Origin: Coprothermobacterota bacterium
Lineage (GTDB): Bacteria; Caldisericota; JANLFM01
NCBI GenBank assembly: GCA_026389455.1
Contig: JAPLHV010000020.1
Location: 16,447-80,446 of the forward strand
DNA length: 64,000 nucleotides
Direction: 5' to 3'
Shown: positions 9,853-17,281 of the stretch, piece by piece
Layout of the letters: each line of letters begins with the position of its first letter
Position numbering within the stretch: the first letter of the stretch is position 1
The notes under the pieces: model-generated
Seen by the model: only the letters and a program-made list of their open reading frames with translations
Told to the model about the DNA's origin: nothing
Database searches by the model: none
Translations under genes and position numbers: made by a program

Positions 9853-10698
9853 TTGGAAGTGCATTGTCGAAGAAAGCAGTCAAGAAAACCTATGCCTCAC
9901 TGGAGCTTGCCGTCCACACGGAGATACCCCGCTAGCCCCTTCGCTTCCCTCAGCAATGCTCGAGGGCAGGCGCTCGAAGGCAGGCCGCCTCGAGGTCTGC
10001 GAAGGCGTCTATGGCTGACCGCGCTCATCCTCAGCCTGGCCTTGCTCTTTGCCTGTGTTCCGAAGGAGACGCCTAAAGCCGGCATCATCCTAGGGGTCAT
10101 CTACGACAGCCAGAGCAATGAGGTTCTCGGCGATGTCAGGGTCAGCACAGGCACAACCCTTTTCACCACTTCCTCAGAACGGGGGGTGTTTCAGTTGTCC
10201 ATGCTGCCTTACGGGCAGACGACGCTTTCCTTTGCGAAGGCTCTCTACAAGAACACTACGCGCACGATCACTTTGATGGAAGAGAAAATATTCGTTGAGA
10301 TTCTTCTAGAACGAGATCAAATCTTAGCGACGACTGCAGTAGAGGAAATGAAGATGCGCGCTGCTCCGATGCAGGAAGGGGAGATTCTCGAGGTGTTGCC
10401 AAAAGGAGCGCAGGTCATCCTGACCAAAGAGGAGAACAAGGGCTGGTATCGCCTCCAGTTCAACGGAAAGAGTGGGTGGGCTTGGGGCGGTTACCTGCGT
10501 TCCTCCGACCTCTCGATTCCCTCCCTGATCGTGATTGAGGATTGCAAGCTGTTACAGCAGCCAGGCGGTGGAGAGGAAGCAGGAGAAGTTTACGCAGGAC
10601 TGGGCGTGATTCGTCTGGAGAGCAAGGACGAATGGATCCGGGTGATCCTTCCCAGCGGAGTTGAGGGGTGGCTGGAGGCAAAGCGCACCACCAGTTGA
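9853..10698 (+). CDS. Putative lipoprotein with carboxypeptidase-regulatory-like and bacterial SH3-like domains (start uncertain)
   Basis: Signal/lipobox-like LALLFAC, then GIILGVIYDSQSNEVLGDVRVST, and SH3-like GWYRLQFNGKSGWAWGGYL and WIRVILPSGVEGWL. Confidence 0.55.
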   Translation: MEVHCRRKQSRKPMPHWSLPSTRRYPASPFASLSNARGQALEGRPPRGLRRRLWLTALILSLALLFACVPKETPKAGIILGVIYDSQSNEVLGDVRVSTGTTLFTTSSERGVFQLSMLPYGQTTLSFAKALYKNTTRTITLMEEKIFVEILLERDQILATTAVEEMKMRAAPMQEGEILEVLPKGAQVILTKEENKGWYRLQFNGKSGWAWGGYLRSSDLSIPSLIVIEDCKLLQQPGGGEEAGEVYAGLGVIRLESKDEWIRVILPSGVEGWLEAKRTTS

Positions 10699-10699
10699 G

Positions 10700-11611
10700 A
10701 TGAGCCGAGCCAATCGCCAAGCCAACAATCTAGTGAAGCGTTGCGGGGACGAAGACCGGCAACTATTGGCATGCATCGAAAGGTTAATTGGAGACGATCC
10801 GGTAATCTGCTTGGAAGATGTCCAAGTTAAGGTCCGTGAGGGACGAGTGCGTTTGACTGGGCTAGTGGAAACCGTTTCTTGGAAGGACCGGCTGGAAGGG
10901 CTGGTCAGTGGGTTGGAGGGAGTTCGTTCGCTGGAAAACGACGTGCGTGTGGAAAAAAAAGTACGCTTCAGCGATCGTCAATTGCAAGCGCTGATCCAAG
11001 AGAAACTCGCTGACGGGGCACTCACCCACAGCGATATCGGCGTCGATTTCCAAGAGGGCGCCCTGACTCTTTCTGGACGGGTGGACACGCTCCAACAGAA
11101 GATGGAATTGGATAGTATGGCGGGCAGCTTGCCAGGAGTCGAGCGAATAGTGAACCGAGTTCGAATCGGTTACGAATCCCCCCCCGACGATCAAACACTG
11201 AAGAATAAAATTCTGTTGGCGATCTCCGAGTTGGGTCATTCGGAGGTTGAAGACCTTAAGGTGCGGGTGGTTCGCGGTGTAGTTTCTTTGAAAGGGCAGG
11301 TGCAGCGCCAGACGGATAAAAAACCTTTGCTCGAAAAAGTGGCAGGCGTAAAGGGAGTTAAGGAGATCGATGACACGATCACCTTCGATCACCAGGAGAG
11401 TAGCCGGGAGGGCTTGCTGCGACAGATCGAGGTTGCCCTCCATGAGGACCGCCGCTTGGAGGGCAGCAGCATCCGCTTTCAGTTGGCGGGCGGAACCCTT
11501 TTTCTGGAAGGAATGGTTCCTGCGCGAGCTTACTTCTTGGTGATCGAAGAGATTCTGGGTCGCTTTCCGGAAGTGCATCGGGTTGTCAACGAACTCCACA
11601 TCCGCCATTAA
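10700..11611 (+). CDS. BON domain repeat protein
   Basis: Repeated BON-type signature, for example VQVKVREGRVRLTGLVETVSWKDRLEGLVSGLEGVRSLENDVRV. Start set at the internal ATG (MSRANRQ) after the upstream stop. Confidence 0.75.
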   Translation: MSRANRQANNLVKRCGDEDRQLLACIERLIGDDPVICLEDVQVKVREGRVRLTGLVETVSWKDRLEGLVSGLEGVRSLENDVRVEKKVRFSDRQLQALIQEKLADGALTHSDIGVDFQEGALTLSGRVDTLQQKMELDSMAGSLPGVERIVNRVRIGYESPPDDQTLKNKILLAISELGHSEVEDLKVRVVRGVVSLKGQVQRQTDKKPLLEKVAGVKGVKEIDDTITFDHQESSREGLLRQIEVALHEDRRLEGSSIRFQLAGGTLFLEGMVPARAYFLVIEEILGRFPEVHRVVNELHIRH

Positions 11612-11612
11612 A

Positions 11613-11737
11613 GGACTCGCTGCCGCGGGCTGATTACTATGCTGCCGCGGGCTGATTACTATGCTGCCGCGGGCTGATTACTATGCTGCCGCGGGCTGAT
11701 TACTATGCTGCCGCGGGCTGATTACTACGCTGCCGCG
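11613..11737 (+). repeat. Core-family array (CGCGGG variant), 22-bp period, 5 units plus a partial core
   Basis: GGACTC-(GCTGCCGCGGGCTGATTACTAT)x5 (the last unit ends ...TAC), then GCTGCCGCG. It begins 2 nt after the BON gene stop. Confidence 0.92.
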
Positions 11738-11745
11738 CATAGTGA

Positions 11746-11841
11746 GGGGACAGATTGAATCAGTATGGGGACAGATTTCAAATCTGTCCCCATACTGGAA
11801 GAATGTCCCCATACTGAATGAAGAGAGAGCGGAATCTGTCC
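11746..11841. repeat. Composite palindromic module: perfect 33-nt palindrome (11763-11795) nested in further GGACAGATT / AATCTGTCC and CAGTATGGGGA / TCCCCATACTG half-sites
   Basis: GTATGGGGACAGATTT-C-AAATCTGTCCCCATAC. There is an upstream GGGGACAGATTGAATCAGTAT, a downstream direct repeat TGTCCCCATACTG x2 (11786-11798 and 11804-11816), and AATCTGTCC again at 11833-11841. Confidence 0.88.
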
Positions 11842-11889
11842 AAATGCTGCGATTTGGCGAGGGAGAAGGGGGAGTGTTACCATCAATGG

Positions 11890-13194
11890 ATGAACCTACA
11901 GTTCTCCCGCTATCCTTACCCCGCGCTAGAAACGATCTGGGGCGAGGAAAATCAGCTCCAACTGTGGTTGCGCATCGAGCTGGCTGTATGCCAGGCACGA
12001 GTGGAGAATGGAGAGATCCCCGAGGAAGCCTGCCAACGCATCCTCAAGAGGGCTTCTTTTGGATCTGTTGGGGAGGTGCGGGCTATCGAGGAAAAAACTC
12101 AACATGACCTGGTAGCATTCCTTCAGGCGGTGGAAAGCAGGCTAGGTGAGGATTTTCGTTTCTTTCACCTCGGGCTGACCTCGCAAGACATCAAGGATAC
12201 GGGCTTCTCTCTGCAACTGAAAAAGTGTGGGGAAATCCTGCAAGGAGATCTTCTCGGCTTGATCCGCGTCTTCAGGCGACGAGCCCGCCAGCACAAATAC
12301 ACCTGGATGATCGGCCGTACCCACGGTATCCACGCCGAGCCGATTAGCTTTGGACTGGTCTTGCTGCGTTACCAAAAGACTTTCCAGCGGCATCTGCGAC
12401 GCCTGCGTGAAGCCACTTCTGAAGTGAGTGTGGGAAAGTTCTCTGGTCCGGTGGGCACCTACAACCTGGTCAGCCCCCAGATCGCCACCCGTGCCTGCGC
12501 TCTCCTCGGCTTGAAACCCGCTCACCGTTGTTCCCAGATCATCCCGCGCGACCTGTACGCCCGATTCTTTCAGACCCTTGCCCTCATCGCTGCCGGAGTG
12601 GAGGAAGTAGCGCTTGAGGTTCGTCACTTGCAGCGCAGCGAGGTGGGGGAGCTCTTCGAGCCGTTCACAGAGGGACAAGTCGGTTCCTCTGCCATGCCCC
12701 ACAAACGCAATCCGGTAGTAGCCGAGCGTCTTTGCGGCTTGGCCCGCATTGTCCGGGCGGATGCAGGTCCAGCCCTGGAGAACATTCCCAGTTGGCATGA
12801 GCGGGATATCAGTCACTCCTCGACCGAGCGCGTGATCGGTCCCCAAAGCACCGTTTTGCTGGGATACATGCTTCAGGCCCTTGCCTGGGTAATGGATGGG
12901 TTGGAGGTGAATCCCCGACGGATGGCGGAGAATATCGAACTCACCTGCGGTGCGATCTTCTCCCAGCCTCTCCTTTTGGCTTTGGTGGGTCATGGCATGC
13001 CGCGTTCCGAGGCCGGCCGCCTAGTTCAGAGGTTGGCCTTCCAGGCCATTCAACAAAAGATCCCTCTTCGCCAATTGCTGGAGAGAGAACCGCAAACCGC
13101 CGCATTGCCCCCTGTCGAGGTCGAGCGAATCTTCTGTTTCGATAACTTGCGGGAGCGCGTGGATTCCATCTTTGCCTTCACCGGAGAATTGTAA
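11890..13194 (+). CDS. purB: Adenylosuccinate lyase
   Basis: Fumarate-lyase signature GSSAMPHKRNP. The N-terminus MNLQFSRYPYPALETIWGEE is typical of PurB. The ATG at 11890 is preceded by GGGAGAAGGGGGAG. Confidence 0.92.
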   Translation: MNLQFSRYPYPALETIWGEENQLQLWLRIELAVCQARVENGEIPEEACQRILKRASFGSVGEVRAIEEKTQHDLVAFLQAVESRLGEDFRFFHLGLTSQDIKDTGFSLQLKKCGEILQGDLLGLIRVFRRRARQHKYTWMIGRTHGIHAEPISFGLVLLRYQKTFQRHLRRLREATSEVSVGKFSGPVGTYNLVSPQIATRACALLGLKPAHRCSQIIPRDLYARFFQTLALIAAGVEEVALEVRHLQRSEVGELFEPFTEGQVGSSAMPHKRNPVVAERLCGLARIVRADAGPALENIPSWHERDISHSSTERVIGPQSTVLLGYMLQALAWVMDGLEVNPRRMAENIELTCGAIFSQPLLLALVGHGMPRSEAGRLVQRLAFQAIQQKIPLRQLLEREPQTAALPPVEVERIFCFDNLRERVDSIFAFTGEL

Positions 13195-13197
13195 AGT

Positions 13198-13312
13198 GGA
13201 CACCCTGCCGGGGGCTGTCAAGATGCCGGGGGCTGTCAAGATGCCGGGGGCTGTCAAGATGCCGGGGGCTGTCAAGATGCCGGGGGCTGTCAAGATGCCG
13301 GGGGCTGGTTAC
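13198..13312 (+). repeat. Core-family array, 18-bp period, 5 units plus a terminal core (GCCGGGGGCTGTCAAGAT)
   Basis: GGACACCCT-(GCCGGGGGCTGTCAAGAT)x5-GCCGGGGGCT-GGTTAC, between the purB stop and the conserved argS body. Confidence 0.93.
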
Positions 13313-14956
13313 TTGCAAGCGCTGGGGGCTTCCCTGCGGGAGGCGCTTCAACAGCAATTTGGGCAAGATGCCGGGCCGGTTTCGTGGGAGGCGGCTCCCG
13401 CTTCCGTGCGAGAGGCGCGTCATGCCGACTTGACATGCCACTACGCTTTCCATGCGGCCAAGCTTTTTCACACCAACCCACGAGAGCTGGCCTACGCTCT
13501 GCAAGCGGCGATCCCAGATTCGCTGGGAGTGTCAACCGAGGTAGCCGGACCGGGTTTCCTCAATTTTAGCCTTGAAGCTGCAAGCGCCAAGGCAATTCTT
13601 CGCGATGTCTTCCAAAACCCCGCTGGTTACGGTCACTGGCAGCAGAAGCAAGCACGGCAAGTCAATGTGGAGTTTTGCTCAGCCAATCCAACTGGTCCCA
13701 TCCACCTGGGAAACGCACGTGGCGCTTGCTTTGGGTTTGTCGCTGCCAACTTGTTAGAAGCTTGGGGACACAAGGTTTCTCGTGAATACTACTTCGATGA
13801 CTTCGGCACTCAGGTGGACACTTTCGCCTTGTCCCTGCTTGCGCGTTACCGTGAAGCGCTGGGTCAAGAATCGGTCTTCCCAGAGGGTGGCTACCAGGGG
13901 GAGTATGTGCGTGAAATAGGCCAACGGGCTGCCCAGGGACACTTCGAGTGGGCTGGCCTTCCTTTCAAGAACCTGCTGGTCGAGCTACGGCGCTTCGGCC
14001 TACAGGAGATGGCCCGAGCTCACCGTCAAACTATGGATGGGCTGGGCATTCGTTTCGACACCTGGTTCTCTCAGAGCTCCTTGGAGCGAGATGGGTTCCT
14101 GCGACGCGCACAAGTTCAGCTGGAAGATGGAGGTTTTCTCTATCCGAGGGATGGGGCGCTCTGGTTCCGTTCCACAGCCTTTGGAGATGACAAAGATCGA
14201 GTGATGATCCGTTCCAACGGTGAGCCTACCTATTTTGCCTGGGACATCGCCTACAATTTGCACAAACGAGAGCGTGGTTTCGATTGGATTATCGACGTCT
14301 GGGGTCCGGATCACCACGGTTATGTGATGCGCAACAAGGCTGCTTTCCAAGCCCTTGGTTACAACGCCGACGATTTGACCTTGCTGATTTATCAATTGGT
14401 GCGGTGGTTCGAGCAAGGGGAAGAAGTTAAGATGTCCAAGCGCACGGGAGAATTTCTGACCCTCGATGAAGTCACTGAAGCGATCGGACGAGACGCCATA
14501 CTCTTCTTTCTACTTGATCGCAGCCCTGACTCTACCTTGGACTTTAACCTTGATCTAGCCAGACAGCAATCTCTTTCCAACCCGGTTTTCTATGTTCAGT
14601 ATGCTTACACGCGCGCTTTCTCTGTGGAGAGAGAAGCGATCCAAAGAGGTTTGGCGATCGGCGAAATCGATTTAGAGACCTGTCAGGCCTATGGGCCGGC
14701 CGAGCACCGTCTTCTAGCCAAAATTGCTCTTGCCCCAGAGGAGATCGCAACAGCCGCCGCCAGCTTGCTTCCGCATCGCCTAACCGGTTTCTCCAAAGAG
14801 CTGTCTGGGGATTTCCACTCTTTCTATCATGATCACCGCATCCTTGGAGTGGATGCTTCTTTGCAGCAGGCACGACTGAATCTAGTCTCAGCATTTCGCA
14901 TTACACTCGGTAATATATTAACCTTATTAGGGCTGAGCGCCCCGGAGACCATGTAA
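13295..14956 (+). CDS. argS: Arginine--tRNA ligase; start lies inside the repeat array (alternatives ATG 13223/13241/13259/13277 or TTG 13313)
   Basis: Class I motifs PIHLGNARG (HIGH-like) and KMSKRTG. Conserved N-terminal region ...HADLTCHYAFHAAKLF. Confidence 0.88.
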   Translation: MPGAGYLQALGASLREALQQQFGQDAGPVSWEAAPASVREARHADLTCHYAFHAAKLFHTNPRELAYALQAAIPDSLGVSTEVAGPGFLNFSLEAASAKAILRDVFQNPAGYGHWQQKQARQVNVEFCSANPTGPIHLGNARGACFGFVAANLLEAWGHKVSREYYFDDFGTQVDTFALSLLARYREALGQESVFPEGGYQGEYVREIGQRAAQGHFEWAGLPFKNLLVELRRFGLQEMARAHRQTMDGLGIRFDTWFSQSSLERDGFLRRAQVQLEDGGFLYPRDGALWFRSTAFGDDKDRVMIRSNGEPTYFAWDIAYNLHKRERGFDWIIDVWGPDHHGYVMRNKAAFQALGYNADDLTLLIYQLVRWFEQGEEVKMSKRTGEFLTLDEVTEAIGRDAILFFLLDRSPDSTLDFNLDLARQQSLSNPVFYVQYAYTRAFSVEREAIQRGLAIGEIDLETCQAYGPAEHRLLAKIALAPEEIATAAASLLPHRLTGFSKELSGDFHSFYHDHRILGVDASLQQARLNLVSAFRITLGNILTLLGLSAPETM

Positions 14957-14996
14957 ATAGCCCCCGGCGGCTTGATAGCCCCCGGCAGGGTGCTAT
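14957..14996 (-). repeat. Core-family array, reverse orientation, 18-bp period, 2 units
   Basis: ATAGCCCCCGGCGGCTTG-ATAGCCCCCGGCAGGGTG-CTAT, immediately after the argS stop. Confidence 0.9.
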
Positions 14997-15013
14997 GAGG
15001 AAGGAGAAAAACG

Positions 15014-16051
15014 ATGGCTAAGGGAAATCCGTTTGGGATACATCGTGTGGTGGAGCCGCTGGGAGTGATGCCGCAAGCAGCCAAGAGACTGGACAACGAT
15101 ATGGGATCGATCCGCGACAATGAGATTTTGGTGGACGTGGAGCGATTGAACATTGATGCCGCCAGTTTTACCCAATTGGAGGAGGAGGGAGAGCGCGATA
15201 CCACCAAAATCGCCGGTTTGATCAAAAAGATCGTCAAAGAGCGTGGCAAGATGCATAACCCGATCACAGGCTCAGGGGGCATGTTCATCGGCGCCGTGAG
15301 GCAGGTGGGCAAGGATCTGGCCAGTCGAGACCTGAAACCCGGCGACAAAATCGCTTCACTGGTCTCTCTCACCCTGACTCCTCTTGCCTTGAAACGGATC
15401 AAGAAAATCGACCTTGAGAAGGACCAAGTAGAGGTTGAAGGACAGGCCGTGCTCTTCGAATCAGGAGTCTACGCCAAGCTGCCCGCCGACCTTCCGGATC
15501 GCCTCTCCCTTGCCCTCCTCGATGTGGCGGGCGCTCCAGCCCAAACTGCGCGGCTGGTCAAGCCGGGCGACGCAGCGCTGGTGATCGGCGGTGGAGGCAA
15601 GTCGGGGCTTCTCTGTCTTTACGAAGCCAAAAAGCGGGCAGGGGTGACCGGCCGAGTGATCGGGTTGGGGCACAGCGCCTCCTCCACCGAACGCATACGC
15701 GAGAGCGGATTCGCTGACCTGGCTATCCAGGGGGATGCTTCAAAGCCACTGGAAGTGTACGAAAAAATACTCGAGGTAACGGATGGGAAACTGATGGACG
15801 TCACCATTAACTGTGTCAACGTTCCCGGCACTGAAATGGCCTCCATTATGAGCACCCGCGAGGGGGGTATTGTTTACTTTTTCACCATGGCTACCAGCTT
15901 CACTGCGGCTGCCCTGGGAGCTGAAGGCATCGGCAAGGACGTGAACATGATCATCGGCAATGGTTTTGCCAAGGGACATGATCGGATCGCCTTTGAGTTA
16001 ATGCGGGAGAGCCCGAAATTGAGAGCTCTCTTCGAAAGAATGTTCCTCTAA
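15014..16051 (+). CDS. kdd: L-erythro-3,5-diaminohexanoate dehydrogenase
   Basis: 345-aa ORF. The N-terminus GIHRVVEPLGVMPQAAKRLDNDM...NEILVDVERLNIDAASFTQL matches my recollection of Kdd. It sits directly upstream of kamA in the lysine-fermentation cluster. Confidence 0.78.
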   Translation: MAKGNPFGIHRVVEPLGVMPQAAKRLDNDMGSIRDNEILVDVERLNIDAASFTQLEEEGERDTTKIAGLIKKIVKERGKMHNPITGSGGMFIGAVRQVGKDLASRDLKPGDKIASLVSLTLTPLALKRIKKIDLEKDQVEVEGQAVLFESGVYAKLPADLPDRLSLALLDVAGAPAQTARLVKPGDAALVIGGGGKSGLLCLYEAKKRAGVTGRVIGLGHSASSTERIRESGFADLAIQGDASKPLEVYEKILEVTDGKLMDVTINCVNVPGTEMASIMSTREGGIVYFFTMATSFTAAALGAEGIGKDVNMIIGNGFAKGHDRIAFELMRESPKLRALFERMFL

Positions 16052-16066
16052 GGAAGATCGTCACTC

Positions 16067-17281
16067 ATGCGAACCTGGAACGAGATCAATCCTTGGCGTG
16101 ATGTATCTCCGGAAGATTGGGGAGATTGGCGCTGGCAACTGAAACATCGCCTGACCACGGTAGACGAATTGAAGGAAGTGATCCATCTCTCCTTGACTGA
16201 AGAGGAGGGGATACGACTTGCTTTGAAAAGATTCCGCATGGCCATCACCCCTTACTATGTGTCACTGATGGATCCAGACGATCCCAACTGCCCGGTTCGC
16301 TTGCAGGGCGTGCCTCAAGCACAAGAGACGGTTCACGGTCAATTCGACCAGCTCGATCCATTGCACGAGGACGCTGACTCGCCGGTCCCTGGGTTGACCC
16401 ACCGTTACCCCGACCGCGTTCTTTTCTTGGTTACCGACCAGTGCGCCATGTACTGCAGATATTGCACGCGCCGCCGTTTTGCCGGCGCCTACGATCGCTC
16501 GCTTTCCAAGGCGGAGTTAGATCGCTCGTTGGAGTACATCCGCCGGACCCCAGTGGTGCGTGACGTCCTCCTCTCAGGCGGGGACGCCCTCCTACTGGAG
16601 CAGGAGCTTCTGGAATTCGTCTTGGTTGAACTGAGGAAGATCCCACACGTAGAGATCATCCGCATCGGTTCCAGGGTTCCCGTGACTCTCCCTCAACGCA
16701 TCACCGATGATCTGGTGACGATGCTGCGGCGCTACCACCCCCTTTGGTTGAACACGCATTTCAATCACAGTCGAGAGATTACACCGGAATCGACCGAAGC
16801 CTGCGCTAAATTGGCAGATGCCGGCATTCCCCTCGGCAACCAGAGCGTATTGCTGCGCGGGATCAACGATTGCCCGACGGTCATGAAGAAATTGGTCCAT
16901 GATCTGCTGAAGATCCGTGTGCGCCCCTACTATGTATATCAGTGCGACCTCTCGGAAGGGATCAGCCACTTCCGCACCTCAGCGCTGCGGGGAATCGAGA
17001 TGGTGGAAGCCCTGCGGGGTCATACCACCGGCTTGGCTGTTCCGACTTTCGTGGTGGACGCTCCGGGCGGTGGAGGGAAAATCCCAGTCGCACCGAACTA
17101 CGTGCTCTCGATCTCTCCAGAGAACGTCGTCTTGAGGAACTACCAGGGCTTGGTATATTCCTATCCGGAACCCGAAGCGATGTCCCGTCATGATCCGGCC
17201 CATTGCCCCACCTGTAGCCGCGATGGATCCCCGCAGAACAGTGTGCTCGACGGCAAGATCGGGCGGAGAGGCAATCATTGA
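16067..17281 (+). CDS. kamA: L-lysine 2,3-aminomutase (radical SAM)
   Basis: CxxxCxxC cluster motif CAMYCRYCTRR and the KamA-family N-terminus WRWQLKHRLTTVDEL. Confidence 0.92.
   Translation: MRTWNEINPWRDVSPEDWGDWRWQLKHRLTTVDELKEVIHLSLTEEEGIRLALKRFRMAITPYYVSLMDPDDPNCPVRLQGVPQAQETVHGQFDQLDPLHEDADSPVPGLTHRYPDRVLFLVTDQCAMYCRYCTRRRFAGAYDRSLSKAELDRSLEYIRRTPVVRDVLLSGGDALLLEQELLEFVLVELRKIPHVEIIRIGSRVPVTLPQRITDDLVTMLRRYHPLWLNTHFNHSREITPESTEACAKLADAGIPLGNQSVLLRGINDCPTVMKKLVHDLLKIRVRPYYVYQCDLSEGISHFRTSALRGIEMVEALRGHTTGLAVPTFVVDAPGGGGKIPVAPNYVLSISPENVVLRNYQGLVYSYPEPEAMSRHDPAHCPTCSRDGSPQNSVLDGKIGRRGNH

Noticed and set aside
11738-11889. Purine or ZTP riboswitch upstream of purB.
   Set aside because: The palindromic module does not resemble the recalled purine (…UAUAAU…CUACC…) or ZTP (…GGGUCG…CCGCCUGGGC) consensus, and a second copy lies inside an unrelated CDS. 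It is kept as an unexplained structured element instead.
13172-13222. Extended upstream starts offered by the ORF track: argS from 13172 (overlapping purB), prfA from 31846, ribF from 43609, asparaginase 2 from 57266, transaldolase from 27051, tdk from 30386, tsaC from 33706, rpsO from 44657.
   Set aside because: The extensions overlap the preceding gene or have no family-conserved sequence. Internal starts coincide with canonical N-termini and/or RBS-like motifs.
13021-13504. Minus-strand and alternative-frame ORFs that read through arrays (for example 13021-13293, 13178-13504, 17933-18130, 41086-41409, 40746-41390, 61102-61557, 62881-63240).
   Set aside because: Their only distinctive content is the translated repeat. 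They lie antisense to or out of frame with well-supported genes, and they lack starts with an RBS. They are artefacts of stop-free GC-rich repeats.
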